From: Chiloscyllium plagiosum
Lineage: Eukaryota
Assembly (NCBI RefSeq): GCF_004010195.1
Contig: NC_057719.1
Location: 33,317,520 to 33,381,519 of the forward strand
Length of the DNA: 64,000 nucleotides
Direction of reading: 5' to 3'
The position numbers and the translations under genes were made by a program. The notes below the pieces were generated by a model. It was not told the DNA's origin, searched no databases, and saw only the letters and a program-made list of their open reading frames with translations. This document shows, piece by piece, positions 51,672-62,499 of this stretch; within the stretch, counting starts at the first letter, position 1; each line of letters starts with the position of its first letter.

Positions 51672-52104
51672 GTAACCAATTATACAGTGGCGACCCGAGC
51701 GCGGGATTATTTCTATGGGATTGTATATTAAGTCTTTTGGTGCTTCAACACGATTTTTAGAATGCTGGGGATGCTCAGAGTTATGATACAAGCGCTCTTA
51801 ATATTGGGATTTTGTCAAACATTATTTTCATATGTGTTATTAACAGTTCCTGAATCTGATAATCCACAAGTAATAGACCTGATGCATGCAGCTTAGTAAA
51901 TTGTGGGGATGTAGATAATCAGAGACAGTACAGCAGCTCAGAGATACATCTTAAGTCCTTTGGGGATGGTACTTGGTACAATGGTCTTGTCACAATACAC
52001 TGGGCCCCCTTCCAATCAGCTCTCGATTGTCCCGATAAAGAGCGTAACCCAATATACCTAACGATAAAGAAAACCACATGGCATGAAGCAATTCTGGGGG
52101 GGGG

Positions 52105-52688
52105 TGGTACCTGATGAGTTCAAGCTCGCAACCAGATTGCAGCAGGCTTTGAGTCAGCTCTCTTCTGGTGGGTAACAGTTAATAAAAATGTAGATTGGAT
52201 ACATTACATTTTCTGTAATCAACAGTGATTTATAAATTATACAAGAGATGCGGTTAAAGGAATATCAGAACAGCTTGATGCGACAAGTAGGATGGCATGG
52301 GAAAACAGAATGGCCCTTGATATGATTTTCGCGGTAAAAGGGTGTGTGTGTGATGTTAGGAGGAAGCTGTTGTACCTTTATTCCTAATAACACTGCGCCT
52401 GATGGTTCAATTACTCGGGCCTTAAGGGGATTGACTACCTTAGCAGAGGAACTTGCTGAGAATTCAGGAGTAGATACATCTCTCACGGGATGGCGTGAAT
52501 CATGGTTTGGAAAATGGAAGGGGTTGGTGGTTTCCATCCTTACTTCCCTGATAGTAGTAGCCAGGGTATTGGTAGCCATTGGTTGTTGTATCATACCCTG
52601 TATACGAGGGCTCATCCAAAGACTGATTGAGACAGCCTTAATGAAACAGATGCCCCTAAAAGGGAATCAGGCAGAGGAACTTTATTGA
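52105..52688 (+). pseudogene. env: ERV env transmembrane subunit remnant
   Basis: ISD-like ENRMALDMIFA, CX6CC (CVMLGGSCC), hydrophobic anchor; stop and frameshifts. Confidence 0.88.
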
Positions 52689-52819
52689 TTAAATAATGAG
52701 GGGATGAGGGAGACCAAGATGGATGAAATCTCTGGAATGATACTTGCGAATTTTGGGGGCGATGCTTAAAAGAAAAATGCAGAAGGTAACAAATGGTAAT
52801 TAAAGAAAAAGGGGGAAAT

Positions 52820-53521
52820 TGTGGGATATAGGTAAAGTAGTGTTACTTCTGCAATCATAATTACTTATGCAAGGTAAATGCACTCACACCAGTGTATAAT
52901 TGTTTCAACCAAGAGCTGAGTCAACAAGAATGAAAATATATAATTGTTTTTGTATTAGCTAAAATGTGCATGCAAGAATGAAATGTGCCTGCAAACAATG
53001 GTAGATGTTAGAGACAAATAGATAAGGTGCTGTGAGGGGAGGGGGTTAAGCTAGATACGCCTGTACAAACAGTAGTTATAAGCATCTGTTTCCCACTTCT
53101 GCAAAAACAAGAACAAATCACAATCAAGGGGTCATGAGGTCATACAAATGAGGGAAACAGATGGTAGTGAAGGAGGATATACCTAACAATGGACCACAGC
53201 AGGATGTGGTCAAATGGCCTTGTGAGGCCAGATTTAAGCATTTTGTCACAGACAAGGCTGGATAAGGCAAGAGATAAACAAGAGTAATGGGCGCCGGTCT
53301 TAAAGAGGTGGGAGATGTAAACAGGGGAGGAGCAATGGGATGAAAGAATAGGAACCAAATTACATAAATGTTGTGTACTAGTTGAATTCAGTGTGTGTGT
53401 ATCCCTGCCTTGTGCACAGTGGATACCACGCCCCTCTTGCAAGGGTAAAATAAATGACACTACTGATTCAGATCTTGTCTCAGAATGAAATTATTGAAGT
53501 GAGTGAGCTTTGTTTCTCACA
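52820..53521 (+). repeat. ERV 3' LTR
   Basis: Preceded by the PPT, followed by TSD gccat. Confidence 0.93.
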
Positions 53522-54000
53522 GCCATGTTTTCCACCAAACCTGCCTTCCAAAGTCATTCAAACAAGTCTGATAAATGCTGTAAATGTTCCTTCCATGAGT
53601 GACTAAAAAAATCACCAGGTCTTCAATGTAAACAACACAATTGGGTAACCTGGCAATGACCATATTAGTCAGTCTCTGAAATGTGGATGGACTGCTTTTC
53701 ATACCAAATGGCATGATGTTGAACTGACAGAGGTACTTGCCAATAGCCTATGACCAAATCCAACTTAGAAATGTAAATTGTTTGTCCCACTTTTTCGACA
53801 CAGTCCTCCAACCTGTGGAATTGGATGTACATCAGTCTTTGTAAGAGCATTGACTTCGCAATATTCCACATATAGCCATTGGGTACCATGACTATCGGTG
53901 AGCTCCAGTCACTGTAACTCACTTTGATTATGCAATCTTGGAGCATGCACTTTATCTCCTTCTGGATCTGTGCCATCTTTAGAGGGTTGTGCCTGTAAGG
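53522..54000 (-). pseudogene. Gypsy RT N-terminal and catalytic region
   Basis: SDWSSPIVMV, SKLDLVIGYWQV, MPFGMKSSPSTFQR, YIED (mutated YxDD). Confidence 0.88.
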
Positions 54001-54269
54001 ATGTTGTTTAATCGAACAGCATCTCCTATATCTACATCGTGCATAATTAGGTTAATACTTCCCACTTTATTTCCGCATATCTCCCCATGTGATAGTAATA
54101 ACTCATTCAGGTCATTTTGATTTTCTTGTGGAAGGTATCTCAGTAATTTATCCCAATTTTTGACAACTTCCTCATTGTCTAACTTGAATTGCGGAATGTC
54201 CAATTTAGAATGCTCCAACCTTGGTTCTTCCTTCAGTGCTGTAATCATTAACACTTTCTCCTCTTGCTT

Positions 54270-55530
54270 TCCTTCCTTATCAAAACATCTTTTGAGCTTA
54301 TTCACATGACACACTCAGAGACTTCCTCCTGTCTGGAGTCCTTATCAAGTAGTTCACCTCCCTCAATTTCCTCTCAATTTGATAAGGTCCACTAAACCTT
54401 GCTTTTAAAAGTTCACCTGTTACAGGAAGTAACACCAAAACCTTCTCTCCAATTGCAAAACTGTGGATATGTGATTTCTTATCTGCTTTCTGTTTCATTG
54501 TATGCTGTGATACTTTTAAATGCTGTCTAGCCAACTCTCCAGCTCTATTTAATCATTCTCTAAAATTTGACACATATTCCAAATGGGTGGTCTCTGAATT
54601 CTGACTTATTAATTTCTCCTTAATCAATTTTAACGGTCCTCTTACTTCATGCCCAAAAATTAATTCAAATGGACTGAATTTGGTCGATTCATTCAGTGCA
54701 TCTCTGATCGCAAAAAGTACAAAGGGAGCTCCCTTATCCCAATCATTTGGATAATGCTGACCATAAGCTCTCAACATGGTCTTTAGTGTTTAATGCCATC
54801 TCTCTAGCACTCCCTGCGATTCTGGATGGGATGCAGTGGTTTTGAATTGCTTTATTCCCTAGTTATCCATAACCTCCTTCAATAGCTTGGATGTGAAGTT
54901 TAATCCTTGATCTGACTGGATTTCTATTGGTAGTCCATATCTAGTAAAAAAAATTAAATAATTCTTCTACTACCCTTTTAACTGCGATGTTGCGTAATGG
55001 GATTGCCTCTGGAAATCTAGTCGACACATCCATTATTGTTAATAAATACTTATTCTCACTTTTTGTTTGAGGTAGGGGACTTCCGCAATCAGGCGAAAGG
55101 GAGGACTGCAAATGCTGGAGATCAGAGTCTAGATTAGAGTGGTGCTGGAAAAGCACAATAGGTCAAGCAGTATCCGAGGAGCAGGAAAATCGATGTTTCG
55201 GGCATTCCTGATGAAGGGCTTTTGCCCGAAATGTCGATTTTCATACTCCTCGGATGCTGCCTGACCTGCTGTGCTTTTCCAGCACCACTCCAATCTAGAC
55301 TTACGCAATCAATCAAGACTCTTGTGAAAGGTTCCTCAAATGCTGAAATAGGTATTAAAGGTACAGGTTTTAATTCTGCCTGTGGCTTTCCAATTAGCTG
55401 ACATGTATAACACGTTTGGCAAGATTCAACTACATCCTTGTGTAGTCCAGGCCAGTAAAAATGTCTTTGTATTTTAGCCTGTGTTTTCCTCACCCCTAAA
55501 TGACCTCCAAGTGGTAGCTCATTTGTCACT
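54270..55530 (-). pseudogene. Gypsy integrase
   Basis: GGHLG...CQTCYTCQ zinc finger, LTIMDVSTRFPEAIPL, FSPFELIFG, ARFSGPY. Confidence 0.9.
55092..55297 (-). mobile_element. Short fold-back PLE-derived insertion in the integrase
   Basis: 14-bp TSD gactt(c/a)cgcaatca (55078-55091, 55298-55311); hammerhead on + at 55204-55239. Confidence 0.88.
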
Positions 55531-55949
55531 CACAGTACCTCCTTTCTATACCCTACTGGCAAACCAATCTCTGCTCATTTCTCATCTGCTTAAATGTGTG
55601 ATGGTCTCCATTTCCTCATTAAGACATGATATGTTAAGTAATAACACACAGGGATGCATTCACTCTCCTCTTCTGTATATGCCTTTTGATATAACTGTTT
55701 TAAGTTCTCACCATTCTACTGTAATTCGATAAGCTTAGCAGAGCTAAAGATAATTGTATGTTTAGCTAGTTGCTCCTGCTCCGTCCCACTTATCTGATCA
55801 AAAAAAGTCTTGGATAAAGCTATATCAGCTTCCTTGTCTGTACCTTTTGTTCTCTCCTGCTTCAACTTGTGCCTCTGTGATCACAATCTGGGAAGATTCC
55901 TGGATAACATCCTTCATTTCTTCAGTTGCTTGCATCTCCACTGACTTTT

Positions 55950-57156
55950 CAACTAAAGTAGGTAGCACACCTACTGGTGAATCAGTTATATTGTTTGCAA
56001 GGACAAATTGTATTCCTGGAGCTGAGAGTTAGTCCAGTACTCCTACCACAAGTTCTGCACTCTTCTCTGGACCCTCTAGCCTCACTTTACATAATTGAGC
56101 ACTTTTTGTCTCACCGTGAATTCCTGCTACCAGTACCTTTTCTGACAATATCCCTCAGGAGTACATATCTCCTCATCCTTCAGCATGACAGACTGAGACA
56201 ATCCTGTGTCCCTTAATATTGTAATCCCTTTACCTGCTACTCCTGGTCTGTGTGAATAAACTTTACCCTTGCATGTATATTTTTTAAAGCAGATCTGGCA
56301 CTTCCTCCTTAACCAACCTCTGATCATCTTGTACACTCTGAGGCAGTTGTCTAACTGCCCTTGTGCTTTTTGTTACTAGTCCAACAAAACTCCCAGGCTT
56401 GTCCAGTTTTCCTACATCTGACTTTCTCCTAGCCCATCAACATTGTGATTTTGTGTAGCCACCTTTATATTATGATAAAAACACCAGAACTTTTTGATTT
56501 CTTTGTCCCCTTCAAGGGTTTTTTTTCTACCCTGTGGCAAGTTATCCTTATGAGATCTACCTTTCCCTTTCCAAGTGAGAATCGCTGTTTGCCCCAATTT
56601 CTATCCCTCATGGATTGAAATTGATTCTGGAAGCCAAACAGAGTTCTATGAACCAGCTCATAATCATCAGCCACTTCAGCTTGCCATTTTAACACTCCAC
56701 TCTTCCACGAGTTTGCATTACTTCCTTGTTAAGATTACCTTCAGCTTTTATCTCCAGCCTTTTAAGTTGACTTTCCTTTTTAAGTGTCAGTTTCTGAAGT
56801 TCAAACACTCTCCCTTTTTCTCTCTGTTCTGCTTCTCTCTCTTTTTCTTTCTCTTCTACTGTTAATCGTAACTCAAACTGTTTCATTTCTGCTGCCCTTT
56901 CCTTACCTCTCCCCTCTAATTCAAGCTGCTTCACTTGCAATTGAATTCTTGCCATCTCTGTAGATTCTGATGGTTTCTCCAGCAAGTTCAAATACGGAGC
57001 TACTGCTGTAATCATCTCTCCTTTCCTCACAGAAGCAGGCAGATCCAATCCCAGCTGGTCTGTTAATTCCTCCAGCTTGGTCCTATTTACCTTTTGCAAA
57101 ACTTCCAAAGTCACCGCATCCACTTCCAGAAAACTTTTAGCGACTGAAAGAGCCAT
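55950..57156 (-). pseudogene. Gypsy gag (internally deleted) and protease
   Basis: MALSVAK... coiled coil, AEVADDY, decayed knuckle; protease ILRDTGLSQS near 56200. Confidence 0.75.
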
Positions 57157-57242
57157 TACTATCCCAAGCTCGGTCAACCTAACCAAACCAACTCCCGAAA
57201 TAAAGACACTGGCACCTAAATTCCCGCAAAGAGCCCCCAATC

Positions 57243-57876
57243 TGTTCTGGACTAGGCCAGACCACTCAAAACATTCTTAAGTAAGCAGCCCAGACCATAA
57301 CTTTGCAATTTGTTTCGGTAAGTGTACAGTGAAAATTACCCGGAGTAAGTTGGCGAGGTTGACTACTAAGTTTTAAAACAGACAAAAATTTATTCACAAC
57401 ATTACACAAAGAACAGAATAAAGAACCCCTGCAGAACTCAGTCTATCCAAACTAGGCTTAATTACGCTGTTCCGAATATATACATCAGTCCCAATAAGCA
57501 AGCCACCCTAAAAAAACAGTAGAAATGGAACAAATGCTTACAGGTTGAAGTTAGAAGGGCAGAAAGAGAGAGAGAGTTTCGCAACCTTGTTTCCACACAG
57601 CTGAACTCCTAACTAGTTCTGGACTGAACTGCTCAACTAAAGAGTTGACTACCCCCTTTCATTATATAGGTCACTTCTAAAACATGACTATTTTGGCCTG
57701 AAGTCTCACCTGTTTACATGTAAACAAAAAGGCCTCTCAATACCCTTGAATCTCCGTACCAAACTAGTCTAATCAGAACTGGGAGCAGTTTATGACCCCT
57801 CTGAAAAAAATCCAAGGACACTGTATCGTTGAGAAAAGGAACAGCTTTTAGAATAAAAGGGACCAGCTATGTGGCA
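57243..57876 (-). repeat. Gypsy 5' LTR
   Basis: Direct repeat of 46087-46718, adjacent to the PBS-like site. Confidence 0.9.
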
Positions 57877-59688
57877 CTCTGCCTCAGCTGAGGGAACTCA
57901 TACCCTCCAGCCCACTCCCACATTGACGTGGAAAGGTTCAGCCTCACAAGAGCATTCTGGTAACTGGGTCAAGACTAATTTGGGTTCAGGTTGGGGTCAA
58001 TCAACTGCTGAATTTGTGATGGAAGAACTGAAATGATGGAATAGCTACAGATTGCTCAACAATGGTAAATACAAGCTTAGATATTAAGAATTGTTGGTTT
58101 CCGTTGGCATGAAAAGAGGATGGAGGGGATAAGCTGTTCAACAGTTTGTATCTTGACAAAGAATGGGAATGGAAAAAGAAATGTAATGGTTTAATGTGGA
58201 TTTTGACTCCAGCAGGATATTTTACCTGATGCAACAATGATTATCTTAACCCTCATAACATCAGAAATTAGGCATAGATGACAGAGTATTGATATTTTAT
58301 TCTTGCTTGTAATACACAAATATTACATATCCAGGTTCTTCAGTCTCTGGGCAAGTATTAGGCTGTTTGGCTACAGCAAAGGACCTATGCTTCTGGTAAT
58401 GTGATATGCTTCAAATGATTCAAGTGAATAAGGAGTTTTAGAGCTCGATACCCTCAGGTCACATATCATGATACAGTGATGAAACAGTGTGTCTTTTAAA
58501 GGTGTACCAGTACATTTTGTCACTTAAAAGTGTACCGGCCTATTAACTATGAGACAAAACATGAACGGGCCATTCGTGTCATGAAGATACAAATAGGAGG
58601 AAACACTTGTGCAAGGTGCAATTCTTGGTGCTCAAGGGGAGGAGTACATTCAGCTGGGAAATGATCAGTGGAGATGGAAAGTGAGACAGAAAAAGCATGG
58701 AGATCACAAGAGGCTTCCCATTAAAATTATGTTGCAATATTTTTCTGACATGATCATTGAGGTTCAAATGTGGATCTAACAATCTCCACAGTGAGCACAG
58801 CAAAGTTTTCTTCAATCCACCCAACCTGGACCTTCCTTGTGAATCCAGCTTTCTTGGTGCCCGGAACTTTGCACAAAAATATTAATGATTGGAGTTATCC
58901 CACATCCTTAGAAACCCTTGGCCCTCTTATTATCAAACTTCATCTTGTTGAAGTTTACAATCCTCTGCTCATTAAATTGAATCTTCCCTGTTAAAATCTG
59001 AAAAAGTTTTTAAACAGTACAATTCCATTGTCCAGTCACTATAAATTAAAACTAATTTTTCAATCATTAAACATCATCACTACAAATGATCAGTGGCCAA
59101 CGTTTGAAAGAAAAGAAATCCAATTTAAATTTTAGGAGTTACTTTGCATTAAGTATGATAAAGTGAGACAACTGCGTGACAATTTTTAATTTACTATCAT
59201 ACCAGCCATTTGGTTGCACATCTCCAGAGTTGAAACAAAGTCGTCAATCACTCTGTCTGTTCATATAGTGGTTTTTCTGAAGTTTCTTCTGAAGCTCCAT
59301 GCAATTTATACAGGTTAGTTAGGCAGTCACAATTAACACTAAAAGAGATCCATTGTAGGCCTAATAAGGAAATAATGAAGCCACGCTCCAATAACTTGGT
59401 AGAATATCAACTCTTTGATTACCTTTCCACAAATTCATTCGTCTGCCAAAAAGAATCAGCTCAGCCATTCATCTGCCTCTCACCAATGATCATCAAAGTT
59501 GTAACAGTTGCATTGTAATAGAAAATCAAAAGGTAGATTGATGAAATCTGAATTCAAACACAACTCGTTTTCAGTTCAAGAAGTCTGTTATTCAATAAAG
59601 TGTATGTTAGTTTAGAAAACTGCATTGGAAGATTTTCTCGAACCCAAGATTTGCAAAGAAAATGAAACTAGATTAATTAGATTAGACT

Positions 59689-60020
59689 AGGGGAGGTAAT
59701 GACCACGTGGTGTTCATCCAAAGACCCAGGTTTTGTTCTGCTGACCCAAATTTGAATCCTGCCATGGCAGATGGAATTTGAATTCAATGTTAAGAAAAAT
59801 CTGGAATTATGAGTCTACTGATAGCCATGAATCAATTAAAGATTGTTGGTAAAAAGTCCATCTGGCTTCCTAATATCTTTTAGGGAAGGAAACGTGATGT
59901 GCCTACATGTGACTCCAGACCTACAGCAAAGTGGTTGACTCTTAACCATCCTTGGGGCAATTCGGAATGGGCAATAAATGCTGGCCTAGTCAGCAATGGC
60001 CTCATCCCATGAATGATTTG
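59689..60020 (+). mobile_element. tRNA-head SINE, same family as 18703 and 44246
   Basis: tttgaatcc B-box-like, ctttagggaagga, gggcaataaatgctggcctag tail. Confidence 0.75.
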
Positions 60021-62499
60021 AATTAAATATTAAAAACTCGGACCCCTACAGAGCCAGCGACCCCTTCCTTTCACTTAAGTAATGGAATAGGCAACAAACG
60101 GGAGAGAATGATTTATGGTCAGTGTTTCATATAAAACCATATTGAGAAAAGAAGGTAGGCCTCATATCATTCCAAGTTTTATTATATTTTTAGCGTTGTC
60201 ATTAGACAGTAGCAAAAAAAATCAATTTCTTCAGTTATATACTTTAATAACTTTGCCCCTCAGTCTGATGTAAAAACCCATAAACTTATTTAACAGCCAT
60301 TTATTATCTTCTAAATCTATGTCTTACATTTACATCATCAATTTTCCTGACAGTCTGAAAGTGGTTTTAGATTATCACCGGAGATTATCCATAACTCTAT
60401 TTATTTAGTGCATATAATTTGCATAATGTCGAATTTTTGATTGCATTTTGAAAGCAGATCGATTGATATTTTGAAATAATTAACAGACCAAATGCACAAG
60501 TGAGATTTTGTGGGAAATTATTCCTTTCCAAATTTATTCATTTAGTCTGACATGGAAAAATTCCAAGAAAAATTTTGTTCTTTCTACAGAAACAAATACC
60601 TGCTTCAATCCTTCACCCACGTAATCTCAAGTGTTTAATGTGAAACAAAGATTACACAGTTAGTTTATAACCCCGTGTTGATTGAACTAAAATGTAAGTC
60701 ATGCTATCTATTGATATAAAATTGTTCCTTTTCTTGTATTGCAATCCTTACTTTAAGTAGTTTATGCAAATCATTTGGTTATGATGGAAACAGAAACATT
60801 AGATGTAGCCGAGCAGAAGGCATTATGTTAACCATATTTATCATGTGTACTGGTTGCACAATTGCAGCAATGACTAGCAATCACTGGACCGAAGAAAAAT
60901 CAGTCTTTGTCTATCGCAAACCTAAACTCTGCCTGGTCAATCCCGTGAGGAATTCCACAGTGTATCCGAGGGAAATGGATTAGGCAGTTTCACATTAAGC
61001 TTGAAAAGCTTTAACAAAACATTGTGCTGTTCTGAAGAGCCTTTTTGACAAGTCCAGCAACTTCTCCTTACAGAAGTGGCTGAAACAAAAGTCATCACCA
61101 CTTGGTCACATCTCCAATAGCTGGTTGATATTTTCAGGGTCCTTTTCAGTGACATCCCTAAAGCTTTTCTGTTATCTACCTGGGAATCTCCTGTTGTGAG
61201 TGACTTTACATAAAAATAACCAGATACATTCATTATGACCCTGTGCAGAATGTGCCAAGATGTTTTCAATAAAACAGTGGAAAATTATTGGTAATAATGA
61301 CCTGGATTACATCCCTGTTTGAGCTTCCAGTGTCAATTCTGATTTCCACTAGAAAACATGACGCCAAGATGTGGAATAAACCTAGCTACTTTTCACTTAT
61401 TCCTTCCACTATGTCAAATGAATCTTCCTGAAGATTAGTTGCATCAAGCTGCTAAAATTTTTATATTTGAGGCTTATTGGAATAACACTTTTTAACTTAC
61501 TGTTAAACATCCTTGGGCGCATAATATAATTTGGTTGGATAACAAAGCAAAGCCCAGAAGACACCCATTCTCCACCGAGCCCCTACCCCCCCATAGAGTT
61601 TTAGCTTCTACCTCTTGCCTCCAAGTCAGCTCACTAGCTTCTCATTAGTTTCATAACTTTCTCCAAAAGGTTACTTGTTGAATATTCAATATCCCACCTA
61701 ATTATTTTGACTGTTAATTACTTCCTCAAAAGATTCAGGATGATTAATGACATGCAACTTCTCGTTTATGGCTGCAGAAGAAATGAAATGAACAAATTAT
61801 GGTGCAGAATGTTTAATTCTTCCCACTGAGTAAAAATGGAGGAGATAGACAGTCAAAATGGAATGTCTTCCCTTCCTGATCCTTGCCTCTCTCTCTTTCA
61901 GGTTTTAACACTATGGGCTTTGATGGTTGATGATCTGGCAAACACACTCGGGAATTAGGGAACCAGGGTTGAGGCAGGCACCTCATGCCCAACTGCTAAG
62001 CAGAGTGTTATGTACCCTGGTAGGCTGAACAGGAAAGCCTGCAATAAGGCTCAAATAGTTGGTAGTTGAAAGGACAAAGATGTGACTGAAGAAAATTTCT
62101 CTTATGGAGTGAAGAAAAACAGAAATCTTCTTTTGGACTCAATGGGTAAACTCATGTCCTGCCCTTCTCCAGATGAAAAGAAACACCTTCTAACTCCACA
62201 AAACCCTTGTCCACCATCACAGGTCAGGGATGTGATGGCATATTCCACACTTGCCAGGATAATTGCAGCTCCAACAATGCTCAAAAAGCTTGAGCCATTC
62301 GGCTCAAAACTGTCCACTTGATTGGCGTCTCATCTCACACTTTCAACAGTCAATCCATCCCCCCCAACTCTCAGTGGCAGTGTGTACAATCTACAAGATG
62401 CACTGTAATGTCTCAGCAGAGCTCCTTAGACAACCTTTGAAACCTGTGACCTTGACCATTTAGATGGGCAAGTACAGCAGATACACCAGAGTATCACAT

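Larger units (their letters stand above)
47971..53521 (+). mobile_element. Internally deleted endogenous retrovirus (class I, gamma/epsilon-like)
   Basis: LTRs 47971-48685 and 52820-53521, TSD gccat, PBS, PPT aaagaaaaagggggaaat, and gag/pro/IN/env remnants. Confidence 0.93.
46087..57876 (-). mobile_element. Gypsy LTR retrotransposon, Gmr1-type (gag-PR-IN-RT-RH), decayed
   Basis: Paired LTRs, PPT aaggggggagg (46719-46729), degenerate tRNA-Pro-like PBS tgggggctc (near 57231-57239), domain motifs; no TSD seen. Confidence 0.9.

Noticed and set aside
52344..52688. env ORF as a domesticated syncytin-like gene
   Set aside because: SU is missing, and the TM has a stop and frameshifts upstream.
46081..57882. 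TSD for the Gypsy element
   Set aside because: Flanks (gaggc vs ctctg) do not match, so none is claimed.
60937..61269. 110-aa minus-strand ORF as a host exon
   Set aside because: No recognisable domain or convincing splice context; the length is compatible with chance.
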